A stretch of 63,358 nt of DNA, counting the filler, from Basidiobolus ranarum (lineage: Eukaryota), in NCBI GenBank assembly GCA_040143965.1. It is 12 parts of 12 records of this genome, joined end to end, with 100 filler letters (N's around TTAATTAATTAA, not from the genome) between each part and the next. Parts side by side here need not be neighbours in the genome. Positions count along the whole stretch, not along the records: positions 1 to 5,201 come from JASJQH010008546.1; positions 5,302 to 10,498 come from JASJQH010008547.1; positions 10,599 to 15,792 come from JASJQH010008548.1; 9 more parts are not named here. One strand, given 5' to 3'. The position numbers and the translations under genes are program-made. The number at the start of each line of letters is the position of its first letter. Position 1 is the first letter of the stretch. The notes beneath the pieces are model-generated. The model made no database searches, was not told the DNA's origin, and worked only from the letters and a program-made list of their open reading frames with translations. Of the stretch, positions 1 through 11,671 are shown piece by piece.

Positions 1-110
1 ACACTCTACTCTTGGCTCCATCCATTCTGGAAAACTCTACTTAGGCCCCATCCCTTCTGGAATTCTCTACACTTGGCTCCATCCTATCTGGAATACTCTT
101 AGGCCTAGCT
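1..110 (+). repeat. Imperfect ~30-bp tandem repeat (about 3 copies)
   Basis: ctctac(t/a)cttggctccatcc..tctggaa-like unit recurs at the contig start, within a CpG-free segment. Confidence 0.6.
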
Positions 111-896
111 TACTAGGAAACTCAGCTTTGTCAACTTCTTGACTTTATCTTTGAATATTATATTCTAACTTGGCTTATTTATTTATTGACTTTGTTTAAA
201 TTGATAAATAAATATTACACCTTCTGGTGTTTATCATCCCCCCTAAGTCAGAGATCTGACCTTTGGGAAATTTGGGCAAGCCCAATTCTTCCCATATACT
301 AGTGACTTGAGTATATTGTGAGAAGGGTGTACATGGGGGATTGCATCCTCCATACCCCCTGCTTTCTTTTTATACTGGGAGGACTGTGTCCCCCAGACCC
401 CCTCTTTTCATCCTTACCCTCCCTTACCCTTACCAGAACATCTATACCCTAACCCAACAAGCACCCAAATACTTTAACAGATTAGACAATGATCATGTGA
501 TTGGTCATATGATCTAACAGAAGGGATATGAGAATAGATTTTAGACATGTGATGAGTCACATGATAGGGTACCTAAATATGGTCAGGTGACTAGGTAGCA
601 ATGATGATAAACTACACAGATATTCATGCAAGTTGTCAAGATAAATTGTAGCTTTAAACAACTTTCAATGTTGGTGCACAACATGTGTCCTGGAGAGGTT
701 TGCACTTCTCTGATCCTTCTTCTTGCTGGAGAATACTGGTAGGAAATCCTGAAGTCAGAAAATTTGCTTCCTTTATAGAACAAGCTGAGAAGCTCTCCCT
801 TGCCTACAAGGAATATTTGGTGGACCTTTGGCAGAAATATCTTCAGAAGCATACTCCCTTTATGCTTTATTTTAATCCTAGTTTCATTCCACTAAT

Positions 897-1105
897 TTCT
901 ATTGTTGACAAACCATCTTTACCTTTGTTACTCCCTCCCACTCCACTTAATAGTGTCTTAGACTCTACTGACTTAACTTTTCTACTTTGTAAAATTCATG
1001 CTAATGCTCTGGAACTTCACAATTTAATTGAGAAACTGCAAAAGTAGTTATGGCTTCTTTGTTTTGCTTGAAATAAGGATTTCACCTGTTGGAGACTGTT
1101 GCCCT
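897..1105 (+). repeat. Dispersed repeat, probably TE-derived; inverted copy at 63150-63358
   Basis: ttctattgttgacaaaccat...ccacttaatagtgtcttagactctactgacttaacttttctactttg...gatttcacct aligns with the reverse complement of the window end on a different contig. Confidence 0.9.
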
Positions 1106-2105
1106 TAACCCTAAAAATGGGTATCTGGGCTAGCATTACTGAAATCATCATGCTAAAGGGCTATCTGGGCTAGTCTTTCTGCCCTAAAACAAAAAGTTTT
1201 ATCCTCACTGGTGTTACAGAAACTAGTAATAGTAATACTTGCATCATGTTTCATGAGTATCAACCTTATTGGCATGTTCCTGATGGAAGAACATACCTTT
1301 CTTTGATGTGTCATTACTTTGTTCTTTGCACTTTGCTTGTGTAACATTCTTACCACTGCAAGTGTTGCAAAAATGTTTTAACCATGAAAAAATATTTTTT
1401 GAAGATAGTTCCAATTCTCAAAGAATAATTTTCAATGGTGGTTATAACCCATGGTATACATGTATGCAGATGACCCTACTATTGCTTGCAAAGTATATAT
1501 ATTTGTGTGATGATCATCAGCCTTCATAAGCATGCTACTAGCCATATCACCATTAAGTGCATTAGTTGTGTGGACATGCATTCGTACATCTAGATATTTG
1601 AGCGGTAGACAAGAAGAACATCAGAGTTTACCCACTGACAGTGCACTCATGAACGTTTCTGTTTCGCACTTTCCACTAAAATATCCTGTTATTTTCTCTG
1701 CATATGGCGATCTAAATGTTGGGTTGATGCAAGTTATTTAGCTAAGCGCAAGGAGAGATCGGATAATTCTTGATTAATCCAGTGTCCTATGCATACATAA
1801 ATATGGTTTCAATTCAGTCATTGGCTGGCTTGAAGCAGGTGTCACAAGATGCTACATTTCTCATGAGATATAGCAGATCAGGGTAATGTTACCGATTACT
1901 GACTACCAATCAAGGCTACACTACCGAGCAAGGCTATATTACCGATACCGATTATCGATTCATGTGACACTTCGATCTCAGTCTTAGAATTAAGACAGCC
2001 TGATCATATAACTCCACCCCCATGTCCAGACATCATAAATACTCCAGTGCAAATGAGATTTAATAAAACTGTTTGCATGAACCATCCCTCTGCCAAAGGA
2101 AAGGA

Positions 2106-3983
2106 ATGACCGACGTTAAATGTTTAAATGCTACCCATAGTCGTTTGATTGATATCGGGAGGACGAGAGAAGATAGAACTTACAGATGTAGAGGGCTGAT
2201 GGCTATCATTACCAGTGTTTATGATAGTAACAAAATGGCCTGTATTGACACAGGCTTTTCGAAAACCACTATGCTAGATACGACATCTTGCCATATCAAC
2301 CCTGTCGGGGTTAACTCTCGAGCTTTAGATGCATATTCTATGGCACTTGTTGAGCATGCCCTTGCCAGTGGTGGATGGCGCGCTGGTTGGAAGACTCTGT
2401 GGAACATAACTGGACGCGATCCCACTTTGGAGAAGCTATATGACGAAGCAATGACATGCGTAGAGGTATATAGCAAGGTTGATATTCGCATAAACAGTGA
2501 TAGTAGGCCGTGGACGACGCGAATGAAAATCGTGAGGGAATGTGCCAGTTTATCATTGAATGAAATAGGGCCAAAAGGAAAAGGCGGCTCCGCTTGGAAA
2601 GAAAATGCAACGTACCAGTGTATACAATGTGAATGGAACTCAGAGGGCTATGAATTACTCAGTCCATGTGTGGCCTTCATCTGGTTGGGATTACAAAAGA
2701 AGATAGTCCATAGGGACGATTCAGATATATGTGCCAAGATGCAACTCCTGAGCACAGTCGATTATGATTATGATCTTAGTCCTGAAAGCAAGGATGGATT
2801 TTCATCTGCTTTAAGGGTTGCTGGAAACCTCTTTGTTGCGGACACCTCAGATGCTATGGGACGGGCTGCTAGCGCGGCCTTAATTAGTATGGATTTGCAA
2901 GCACAGGTAAGGGATGTGCAAAATTCGTGGCTTCTCCACGAAAAAAAACAGAGAGTTTACATGACTGGAGGAAATATAAGCCCAGGCGACTGGTACGATG
3001 CCACAGTCGCGGATTGTGCCGGTTTGTGTCCTTTTGGGTACGAAGGGACCGAGCGTCATGAAACAAGCAGGCCAGGGATGTTTATAGCTATGGTTCTTGC
3101 TAATTCGTATGATGTTGTGTACGATATTGGATGCTCAAACCGTATGTCCAGTATAACCTATGCGTATGAGAAGAGCAGAGTTATGGTAGATAAACTTTTA
3201 ACTCTGGTGGACACAGAGATGGAAGCAATAGCAGACCGTGTGTGTCATTCCGAAAGTGACATAGTACCATTGTACGGAGACAGTGCTGCTTTGGTGACAG
3301 GGGCTTGGGCCCCATTCAATTGTAGATATCGGAGTTGGGAGAGGTATGTCAAGTACATCCGACAGCAACGAAGTACCATAATGCATGTTGAAAATATCGA
3401 TGAATGTTTAGGCAGAGACAATGCGGTAGATTCAACAGTTAGCAACTGTGACTCCCTTAAAAACAGATGGATAAAGATGATTGATACGGGTGTGGAGACG
3501 GTGAACAAGCATAGGTCCGAAATTACGAGCGTCAGTTGGCCTATGATGACTCCTTGGACCGAAAATATACCTCTACCTCTATTATGTACACAATGTGCAC
3601 CACAGCTGAATGCTGTTGTATTTTGTGGAGAGAGAGAGGTATTGCTGATCCCTCCTGCAGTGGGGATGTGTAAAGATAGCAGTGCAGTATTTAGAGCGGC
3701 GGGACTAAGAGACATGGCAATGTGGGCAGCCGGTTCTGGTGCATGTGATTTGTGCGCCGTCAGAGTCTCACAGTGGATAGACGAAGCATCGCATATTGTA
3801 CTTGTGGACCTAATGAAGAGTGAACCCCGGCTTAACTCTCAACACTGGCTTGCTGAATGCTATGGTGTATGGGCAGTCGCAAAAAGTATAAAGATATCCT
3901 CCACACTGGTAGGATTCGAATTGGATGCAGAATTACTTCACGAAGAAGGGGCTATGGGTATTAGAGATGTGGAAGACTGCTGA
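2106..3983 (+). CDS. Intronless ~625-aa hypothetical protein; possible non-canonical class I terpene-synthase-fold enzyme
   Basis: Long open ORF with normal CpG content (first ATG 2106, alternative 2199). Motifs DYDYD (2760), NSYDVVYD (3102), WAPFNCRY = WxxxxxRY (3306), plus three CxxC pairs. The ORF is confident; the function is inference. Confidence 0.75.
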   Translation: MTDVKCLNATHSRLIDIGRTREDRTYRCRGLMAIITSVYDSNKMACIDTGFSKTTMLDTTSCHINPVGVNSRALDAYSMALVEHALASGGWRAGWKTLWNITGRDPTLEKLYDEAMTCVEVYSKVDIRINSDSRPWTTRMKIVRECASLSLNEIGPKGKGGSAWKENATYQCIQCEWNSEGYELLSPCVAFIWLGLQKKIVHRDDSDICAKMQLLSTVDYDYDLSPESKDGFSSALRVAGNLFVADTSDAMGRAASAALISMDLQAQVRDVQNSWLLHEKKQRVYMTGGNISPGDWYDATVADCAGLCPFGYEGTERHETSRPGMFIAMVLANSYDVVYDIGCSNRMSSITYAYEKSRVMVDKLLTLVDTEMEAIADRVCHSESDIVPLYGDSAALVTGAWAPFNCRYRSWERYVKYIRQQRSTIMHVENIDECLGRDNAVDSTVSNCDSLKNRWIKMIDTGVETVNKHRSEITSVSWPMMTPWTENIPLPLLCTQCAPQLNAVVFCGEREVLLIPPAVGMCKDSSAVFRAAGLRDMAMWAAGSGACDLCAVRVSQWIDEASHIVLVDLMKSEPRLNSQHWLAECYGVWAVAKSIKISSTLVGFELDAELLHEEGAMGIRDVEDC

Positions 3984-5201
3984 GTTATAGCTACGATATT
4001 CTTTTAATGTAAGCAATAGCTCAGGTACTATCATACCCACCAATGCATCATTGCTTAGCTTTTCTCTAATCGGTAGCTTGTAAGAACTTCTAACCATTTT
4101 TCTAAGTTGGCTAAAGTGGCACCGACCGATATACAAATAAATAACATCATTAACTTCGATGACACCAAACTAAAGACATCCTGTTGGTGCGGCATAGTTG
4201 CTATTAGTCTTGTGGATGTCAGAACCAAGTAACAGCTCTAGCATTAGTTGAATCATTCTGTCTAACATGACTAATCAACTAGATATGCTGTTGAATACAT
4301 AAGATCTGCAACACACGCAAATAGAGTTATATATCTTTGAATGTGAATAAAATTTGTAACAGTATATCAACAAAAATCTGCGGGTAAAATCAACATTGCC
4401 CCTAGGAAACGCATTTACTAAGCCAATAGAATCTTACATCTGTTTCACATATTCTGTATTTGATCGGCTAGTAGAATATGGCCCATACATACATGGAATT
4501 ATTTTAAGGTCTTAGTCTATGCACAATTGAATAGTCTACTTAGTCAACGCGAAATTAGCTCGCGTTTAGCCTGCTGATGTCAGCCGTCAGATATGCCCTG
4601 CCAAATGTTATGCTGTCGCCTGCATGGTGACTGCTATAGATCAATTGCATGTAATACAAACGGGATACTAAGCATGGATGAGTAACAATGCAGGCTTCTT
4701 TCACATCCCCTAACCCTAACCTTTTGCATAGAAGAATATATCGATCGAAGCCAACAAATCTCAATACATAATTATTATATTGCCTAGTCATTTGCAAACT
4801 AATCAAGTTAGTCACAGTGCACAGATATATTCCAATTGAGCAAATTATAACAAATTAGTATTATATAAGATTATTATTATTATATATTACCGATGCAAGT
4901 AAAACACATTCTACTACTCTTGCTACATTTATCATTTAGCAAGCACTACAATGATGTATTTGTTTCTCTTTCATTTATTATGGAGTTGACTTCATTCGGG
5001 TGCTGCATATCCCATATGTTAAAATCCAAATATCAACAATTACTTGCTATACTGTTAAATAACTACTTTTGTGAATAGACTAGAAAAGAACAGTATCTGC
5101 AATATACATGTTGTTATTTGGTCTCTACCACTAACTTTACTACAATGTATGAAGTATATGTTTGTGATACAGCTAGAGAACACATTTATAAACACTATTA
5201 A

Positions 5202-5301
5202 NNNNNNNNNNNNNNNNNNNNNNNNNNNNNNNNNNNNNNNNNNNNTTAATTAATTAANNNNNNNNNNNNNNNNNNNNNNNNNNNNNNNNNNNNNNNNNNN
5301 N
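5202..5301. other. Artificial contig linker N44-TTAATTAATTAA-N44 (stops in all six frames); also at 10499-10598, 15793-15892, 21085-21184, 26376-26475, 31666-31765, 36951-37050, 42235-42334, 47518-47617, 52799-52898, 58079-58178
   Basis: Identical 100-nt spacer occurs 11 times; the contigs between them shrink from 5201 to 5180 bp in order. Confidence 0.98.
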
Positions 5302-5824
5302 GCAACCTCAACTGGTACTTTTCAAAGTGTTGAAATTAGCTCCAAAGTTAGAGGCAAGCAAAAAGCCACACATACACCACAAAGCTCCATCAGTAGTCTC
5401 ACACTACAAGGAGGTACAAAAATAGTCAAAGTGCTTGCAGAGTATTTTCAAGAGTATGAAGGGAACAACACAGTGCAACTATGGAGAAAGTGGCTTCAGA
5501 AGAAGAATACTCAACTTGACATTAGGTCTGGTGTTGACCATGCAGATATCTGGGAAGAACTTAATACAGAGTGGCACAATATCACAGGGTATTTGCCAGA
5601 TAGCTGGAAGAATGTTGATTCAGCAACATTAATACAATGGTGGGCTTTGATGGAGATATTGATACAAACTCATGTTGGGTATGAGCTAAAACTTTGGTAT
5701 GAAGAACTCTAAATAAATATTCAGGAGAATATATCAAAGAGACTAGCAATTTCAAAGATGACACATTAGCATTTCAGTGTTAAATATGTAAAATTTGAGT
5801 TACATTTTTTGCACATGTGTTGAT

Positions 5825-7256
5825 CCATAGTTCTCTGAGATTGTAGCCAATCATGCACAACTATTTTGTGAGATCTTAGAATTTTACTCCTGAAACTGAG
5901 AAAATTGATTAAAATTGAATCTAACTTGACAATTTCATGACATTAAGTAAACAGTCAATGCCAAATGGATTAAAATTATGATGGTTTTCCTACAATAACA
6001 ATCCTCAAATTTCTGTTAGGGCTACTTGTAGAAAGATATTGGTTGAAAGCAAGTCAGAGATTCCTGGGCTGAATTCTTTGCAAAATTTTGCTAAAAACCA
6101 AGAGCTTGTCCTTATTGTCAAAGGTTACAAGATTCAGCTATTGGCCAAGTGTCAGTGCTACTCTAAATTTCAGATGTTTGGCAATTTTTCCACCATTAGT
6201 TTGCTGAAAAGTATGTAGATATTATTATGTTATGTTTGATCAGTAAATTATGTGCACATGTGGAGACAAAACATGAGATTCTTTTATTCTTGGATTTTCA
6301 ATATGGCTTGAATACAAAGCCTTAAGTATTTAAATAAAGGCATGCATACTGACTCAAATTCCTATAGTAGTAAACCCAGTGATATGCCATTTATAAGTGA
6401 GTTGTTTCCATTAATAGTTGGAAATTAAATAATTGTTGCACAATGTGATGATCAATATTTCATCATATATTATTACCATCATGATGCCATTAAGAGGTAA
6501 CCATATCACCATCAAAATCTCTTGCAGAATGCAAGCCACCAATATTGTGATGGTTCACTGATGGCTTTTTGCTGTAGGAGGATGGATCCAAACAGTTAAC
6601 TCAATCCTGCCAGGCTGCCATTGGCAAGGCATGAGTTAAGGCATAGATGCCCATTAACAGCTTGCACTACAAATATTGGAAAGTGTAGATATTGGCATCA
6701 CTGCCAATAAAAGTAATGCAACCACCAGTAAATTAAAAGTAACTATCAATTGTGTCAGTTTTCGGAATAGCAAAAAGTATTGAGAAGCTATACAGGAGTT
6801 TTCACTTACATAGTAGATCAGCAAGAAGAACCAGCCCATTTTGCTTTTTGCAGAAACTGGCAAGATTTGCACCAAGTACAACTGATGCAGGATTCTTTCA
6901 GGACAAACTGATTCAACAATGGCACATTGATGTAGCATTCCTTGTGCTTTGGAAAAGAAAACTCCAAGAGAGCACACCAATTAGATGGTGGATTCTTTTT
7001 GAGCTGCAAATACAGTGTTCAAGGGGTACATTGCTTGTGATACCCTAGCTGAAAATAATACCCTAACAGAAATTTGAGAATTGTTATTACAAGAAAACTT
7101 TCACAATTTTAATCCATTTTGGATTGACTGTTTATTTCCCATAAAAGAATTGTCATGTTCTATTTGATTTTAATCAATTTTTTCAGTTTCACAGGTATAT
7201 TGCAAGATCTTGCAACATAGTTCCACATGATTGGCTACAATCTCAGAGAACTCTGG
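5825..7256. mobile_element. Non-autonomous DNA transposon / MITE-like element with ~195-bp terminal inverted repeats
   Basis: 5825-6021 (ccatagttctctgagattgtagccaatcatg...ctcaaatttctgttaggg) is the diverged reverse complement of 7061-7256. No transposase is recognisable inside. Confidence 0.8.
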
Positions 7257-10029
7257 GGCTTATTCCAACACATTGAACTCTACCACTAGAGGTTGGAGAG
7301 CTGTGAGTTTACTAATTGGTGTTTTAGCTTGTTGAGAGATGTCAGGTGTTGGATAAACTAATGGCTTTAGCATTCTTTCAACTGGTTAACTTGGTTACAT
7401 GTGAAAATCAAGCCTTTGTGCAAGTATATTGGTCTTTAGTAATACAGATCTTTGTAATGCTGCAAAGAATTCAGTAAGTGGGACAGTAGAGCCAGAAATT
7501 GCTGGCTGCTTTGCTTTTCCCTTGGCTTTATTAGCTTCCTGTTCTTTGAGGAAATCTAAAGCTGCTTGTCTTACTTTTCCAAATCAGTAATTATGTACAT
7601 TTTTGTGATATTTTGTGAATAGGCCTATACTAGCTCAATTGCCATTTGCTTGCACAAACCCAGGATAAGCCACATGAAATGAGTCATGAATCTTCTGAGT
7701 AACATCTAGTCTTTGCTTTTTTCACAATTTGCTCAAATAAAGGGTTTTTTGAGCAAGATTCTATACAGTTTCCAAAATGTTAAACCATTTATCAACAGAT
7801 AGATTTACAGCAACTCTGACATTAAAAATATTTTGGTTTGCTGATGCTCATATGGGATTTCTACTTTCATAAGCCCTAACAATTTTTATTCATTGTGTAG
7901 GCTCAATGGTTTGACACATATTCTGTTCTGCTAGATTGTCACATTGATGTTCATGTGTGTGGTGTGGGTTTGATTGAAATCCCACATGAGAATGAATGGG
8001 GGGAGCAGCATGTTGCTATAGCCCAATATAGCATTCTGAAGGTCTTGAATTATTGCGAAGTGACTCTTTGGCTGATGACTAGTTTCTTCAGAATACTGGA
8101 TTAGTTGCAATATTTCTGCTTAGTGCTTGTCATTGTCTGAATAGCAACTTTGCAGTTTTTACTTATAACTGAACACACAGCATTATAATGTCCTGCCCAG
8201 ATTCCCTTGTTGTAATGATTGGATTCAAATTGTCTATGGAGAGGTGTTCAATAGTTGATAGAGTAGGCATCTTGGAAGTTGATGATCTTGATGGTGTTTC
8301 TATTGACCTTTACTCACTTATTGCTTTACTATGTAAATAGAGGTTGTAATATCTTCCCTTGCACTATTACTAGAGAGAAACACATCTGGTACATGGATCA
8401 ATGCTTCATTGCTACATGACTTGTTTCTCAGCATGTTAATGCCTTCCAGAGTAGAGAGTGGATTGATAGACTGCTGGTCAATTTAGTCTTTGTTTCTTGC
8501 TGGTTTTTTTCTCTCCCACCATCAGGTATTTGTTTGGAAGCTGACTTTGATTTAGATTTTGAATGCTTTTTCAAAGGCATTAAAATAAACTAATGGTGAA
8601 CTTGATGTAATGAAGTTGCTTAGAAACAACTTATCTTAGACCAAAATGGCCATTCTTTACCAGAAATATGTTGTAAATCCCTTGAAGACCCATCTGTAAC
8701 ATTGTCACAGAATCATCTGATGATTTTGATGTAATATACCTGAAGTACCATCCTGACATAGCAAATGTTTGGTATTCCACAATATCCTTCTCATACCTCA
8801 ACATAAATGTTCAAAATAGCCATGCTATTATTTAAAAAAATTCTTGTGCTATAAAAGCCACAGGCTTCATAGAAAGTAAGCACAATCATGGTCATTGTTC
8901 AAAACCACTAGCTACACAAAGCCTAGTGAGTAATAATAATAATGAGTATACCAGAACAACTTTGGTTTTACACACTGAGTCCATTGGGTATGCTTTATCT
9001 CAAAGTTTTGTCAACACTGCTCAAAGTCAAGATATTGTGGAATTATCACAGGTATATGACCAGAATGATGTAGACAGATGTTCAAGTTTGGTGAGCTAAC
9101 AAGCTCAGAAAACTTTGAGGACATGCTGGTAGAAGTTGACATTGGTTTTTCCAGTACTGATGGCATTATATCAGAAGAAGATCAAGAAGATGATGGTTTT
9201 GTTACAAACTCTTTGTTATTGGCAAGCATTAGTTCACTCATTACATTTGCAGTAAAGGAAGCAGCTTTGATTATTGCGGAGTGGAGAGTTCAATCTAATC
9301 TTAGCAACCAAGTGTTTGCTAGTTTTCTTATACTTTGACCACAGTTAATTGGCAAGTGTTGGTTGCCACAGACCTGGTACAAGTGGAAGACACTTGTCAA
9401 TTGCACAACTTACAATCCTTTGGTAATTAAAATACCTTCATGTCCTAATGGTTATTTGGCCTGCACAGGGGATCTAAAAAACCTGAAGTCATGTAGTATT
9501 TGTTCACAATTGGCAATGACTGATTATATATATGTTTCCTTCTATTATGAAATGGATTTTTCTAACTAATGAAATATAACTCTGATTTTCTAGAAATACT
9601 TTAGTTTATGAATTGTACAAATAGCCTAAATCTGTCAAGAGACTTGTTAACAATATTGCTTCTTTTGTTGCTTCACAGGGTGCAAACATATTCTGGTTCT
9701 GTTGCTGGAAATGTTACTGTAGACTGTTTCTTTGAGAACAAAGAAATAAGTCTATTGCAATGTAGAAATAAATATCTTATTGTAGAACTCCTGTCGACAG
9801 TGTCTCTATGCCAATCTGCATTCAAATATCTCATCAATTCAATTTTTCATTCAGAATGGGTCTATTTCAAGCACAGATCTATGAGACCCTACATTTTTAA
9901 ATGGCTGAATTGAGTGTGTAATAATTGAAGTATGAATAAACAAACTCTCAAATAACCAATTGCTAATTACCTAATTTTAACATGCCTACTCAAGTAATTA
10001 TTTTTTATCTCTCTTATACCTAACTTGCA

Positions 10030-10498
10030 TCTTGATAATTGAAATTGTTGTTGAGCTAAAGGTTTGGTTAAGATGTCAGCCATTATTCACTGAGAAGGGC
10101 AGTAGACAAGTTCAATAATATCAATTTCTATTGCTTCACTGGCAGATTCTTACTAAGTATTTAAAAGTTTTGTTGTGACATGAAATTTAGGGTTTTAACC
10201 TAATGAAATACAACTTTGGAGTATTTACAAATATAGTAGTAGTACACTTTTGCATGTATCTTAAGTCTGTAAATAGCTCCCTTAATCACATAGCTTCTTG
10301 TGTAGTGGTATAAGCAGCCATATACCCTGTTTCTATAGTGGGAAGTGCTGTGGTTGGTTGCTTCTTACTACCCCAAGATATAGCTCCATGACCATAGGGA
10401 AAATTGTGACCAGATGTTGATCATCTATCATCAAGGTTCCTTCTGCAGTGTGGGTAACTGTTGCCTTCTAAATTGCATGCTTCAAAAGCGCCAGAGTA
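10030..10498 (-). mobile_element. Degenerate Ty1/copia RNase H remnant
   Basis: Minus strand reads AISWGSKKQPTTALPTIETGYMAAYTTTQEAM*LRELFTDL...NPKFH...ADILTKPLA with stops and frameshifts. Confidence 0.85.
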
Positions 10499-10984
10499 NN
10501 NNNNNNNNNNNNNNNNNNNNNNNNNNNNNNNNNNNNNNNNNNTTAATTAATTAANNNNNNNNNNNNNNNNNNNNNNNNNNNNNNNNNNNNNNNNNNNNTA
10601 TTTCAATCTAGGTGTATTTCATTCTTGGCCAGGTTATCCTGCTAATTCATGCTCCTTTCTTAACAAAATCCTGTGTTACTATGATTTAAATAGGTCAATC
10701 CCACAGTACTTGTAAATCTTCTTTGCTTCTTAATCATTTTATCATCAATAATTGAAGACTGAATGAAAAAAGTAGTCTTACTAGGGTAAGGTTTTCAGTG
10801 ATAGTTGCTCTGAAGAGAAAGATCTCTATCCTCAATTATAGCTGCTCAGAAGGGTATCAAGTTCCCCTTCAGGCAAACCAATGCCACTCTTACCCTCCGC
10901 CTTGATGTTCGCATACCAACCATTCAATGAATTGGTCAGTGCTTTCTGATAACCTTTTATATCTGGCTTAACTTATTTACCGAC

Positions 10985-11671
10985 CTAAGAATCGAGCCCT
11001 TTAAGTATCAATAAATCTTCAACGCTACCACCGTCAGCACCATTGTCTTGGCATTTTCTAGTCCAACAGTTAACAGCTGATTCTACAGTAAGTCCCTTGT
11101 GTGCATTCTCTTTGATGCAGGTGCTTCTTGGGTGATTGTCACATAATTGCTTAATTCCACTATCGGTAATGCTTTGACAGTCATTCAGAGTAGGATAAGG
11201 CTTCTTCCAGTCACGGTTCAATCTTAAACCGCTTCCTAGGCACTCTACATCAGTTGGATCACAAGTAGACAGCAGTAGAGGATTCAGTATCATATTTATT
11301 GCTGAGTCTGGAGATTTAGGTCCAGGGGCAAGGTAGCTAACGTTTCTTGAACTAGTCTTGATATGCATAGAATCAATTTTTATGTAACCGCTATCAATTT
11401 CTTCCTTATAAGCAGCTTTCAGCATTTGTTGATTAAATTTAATTCTCTTGAAGTAGTACATCTCGCTATCTGGGGAAATAAGTAGCATAATACTCTCTAA
11501 GTAAGTGTTAACATACAGTCCAATGTTGTTGCCATACTCACCTTTCTTCACTGATATCTTGGAGAGGACCTCGTCACAGTGTAAGAAGTCATAAATATCA
11601 GACCATTGAGTAAATCCATCTTGGTTGCAAACTTGCATGCTTCCAAGATTACTGTTGTCAAGTTTTAGCAA
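10985..11671 (-). pseudogene. Fragment of a larger decayed gene of unknown family (228-codon open stretch, Cys-containing C-terminal half)
   Basis: The open stretch begins at TTG rather than ATG. The same frame stays protein-like beyond isolated TAA/TAG stops on both sides (*VGAAVLVLFWLKGVSYNK* upstream; *VKPDIKGYQKALTNSLNGWYANIKAEGKSGIGLPEGELDTLLSSYN* downstream). Confidence 0.45.

Noticed and set aside
685-1047. 120-aa ORF as a host gene
   Set aside because: Non-ATG start, CpG-free, and overlaps a dispersed repeat; probably TE debris.
2219-3715. Short antisense ORFs overlapping long genes (also within the NRPS, PUT1, TAT, GH46 and M28 genes)
   Set aside because: Shadow ORFs of real coding sequence with no independent motifs.
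5431-5712. 93-aa Trp-rich ORF
   Set aside because: Lies in a CpG-depleted repeat contig, lacks an ATG start and has no recognisable family; likely a TE fragment.
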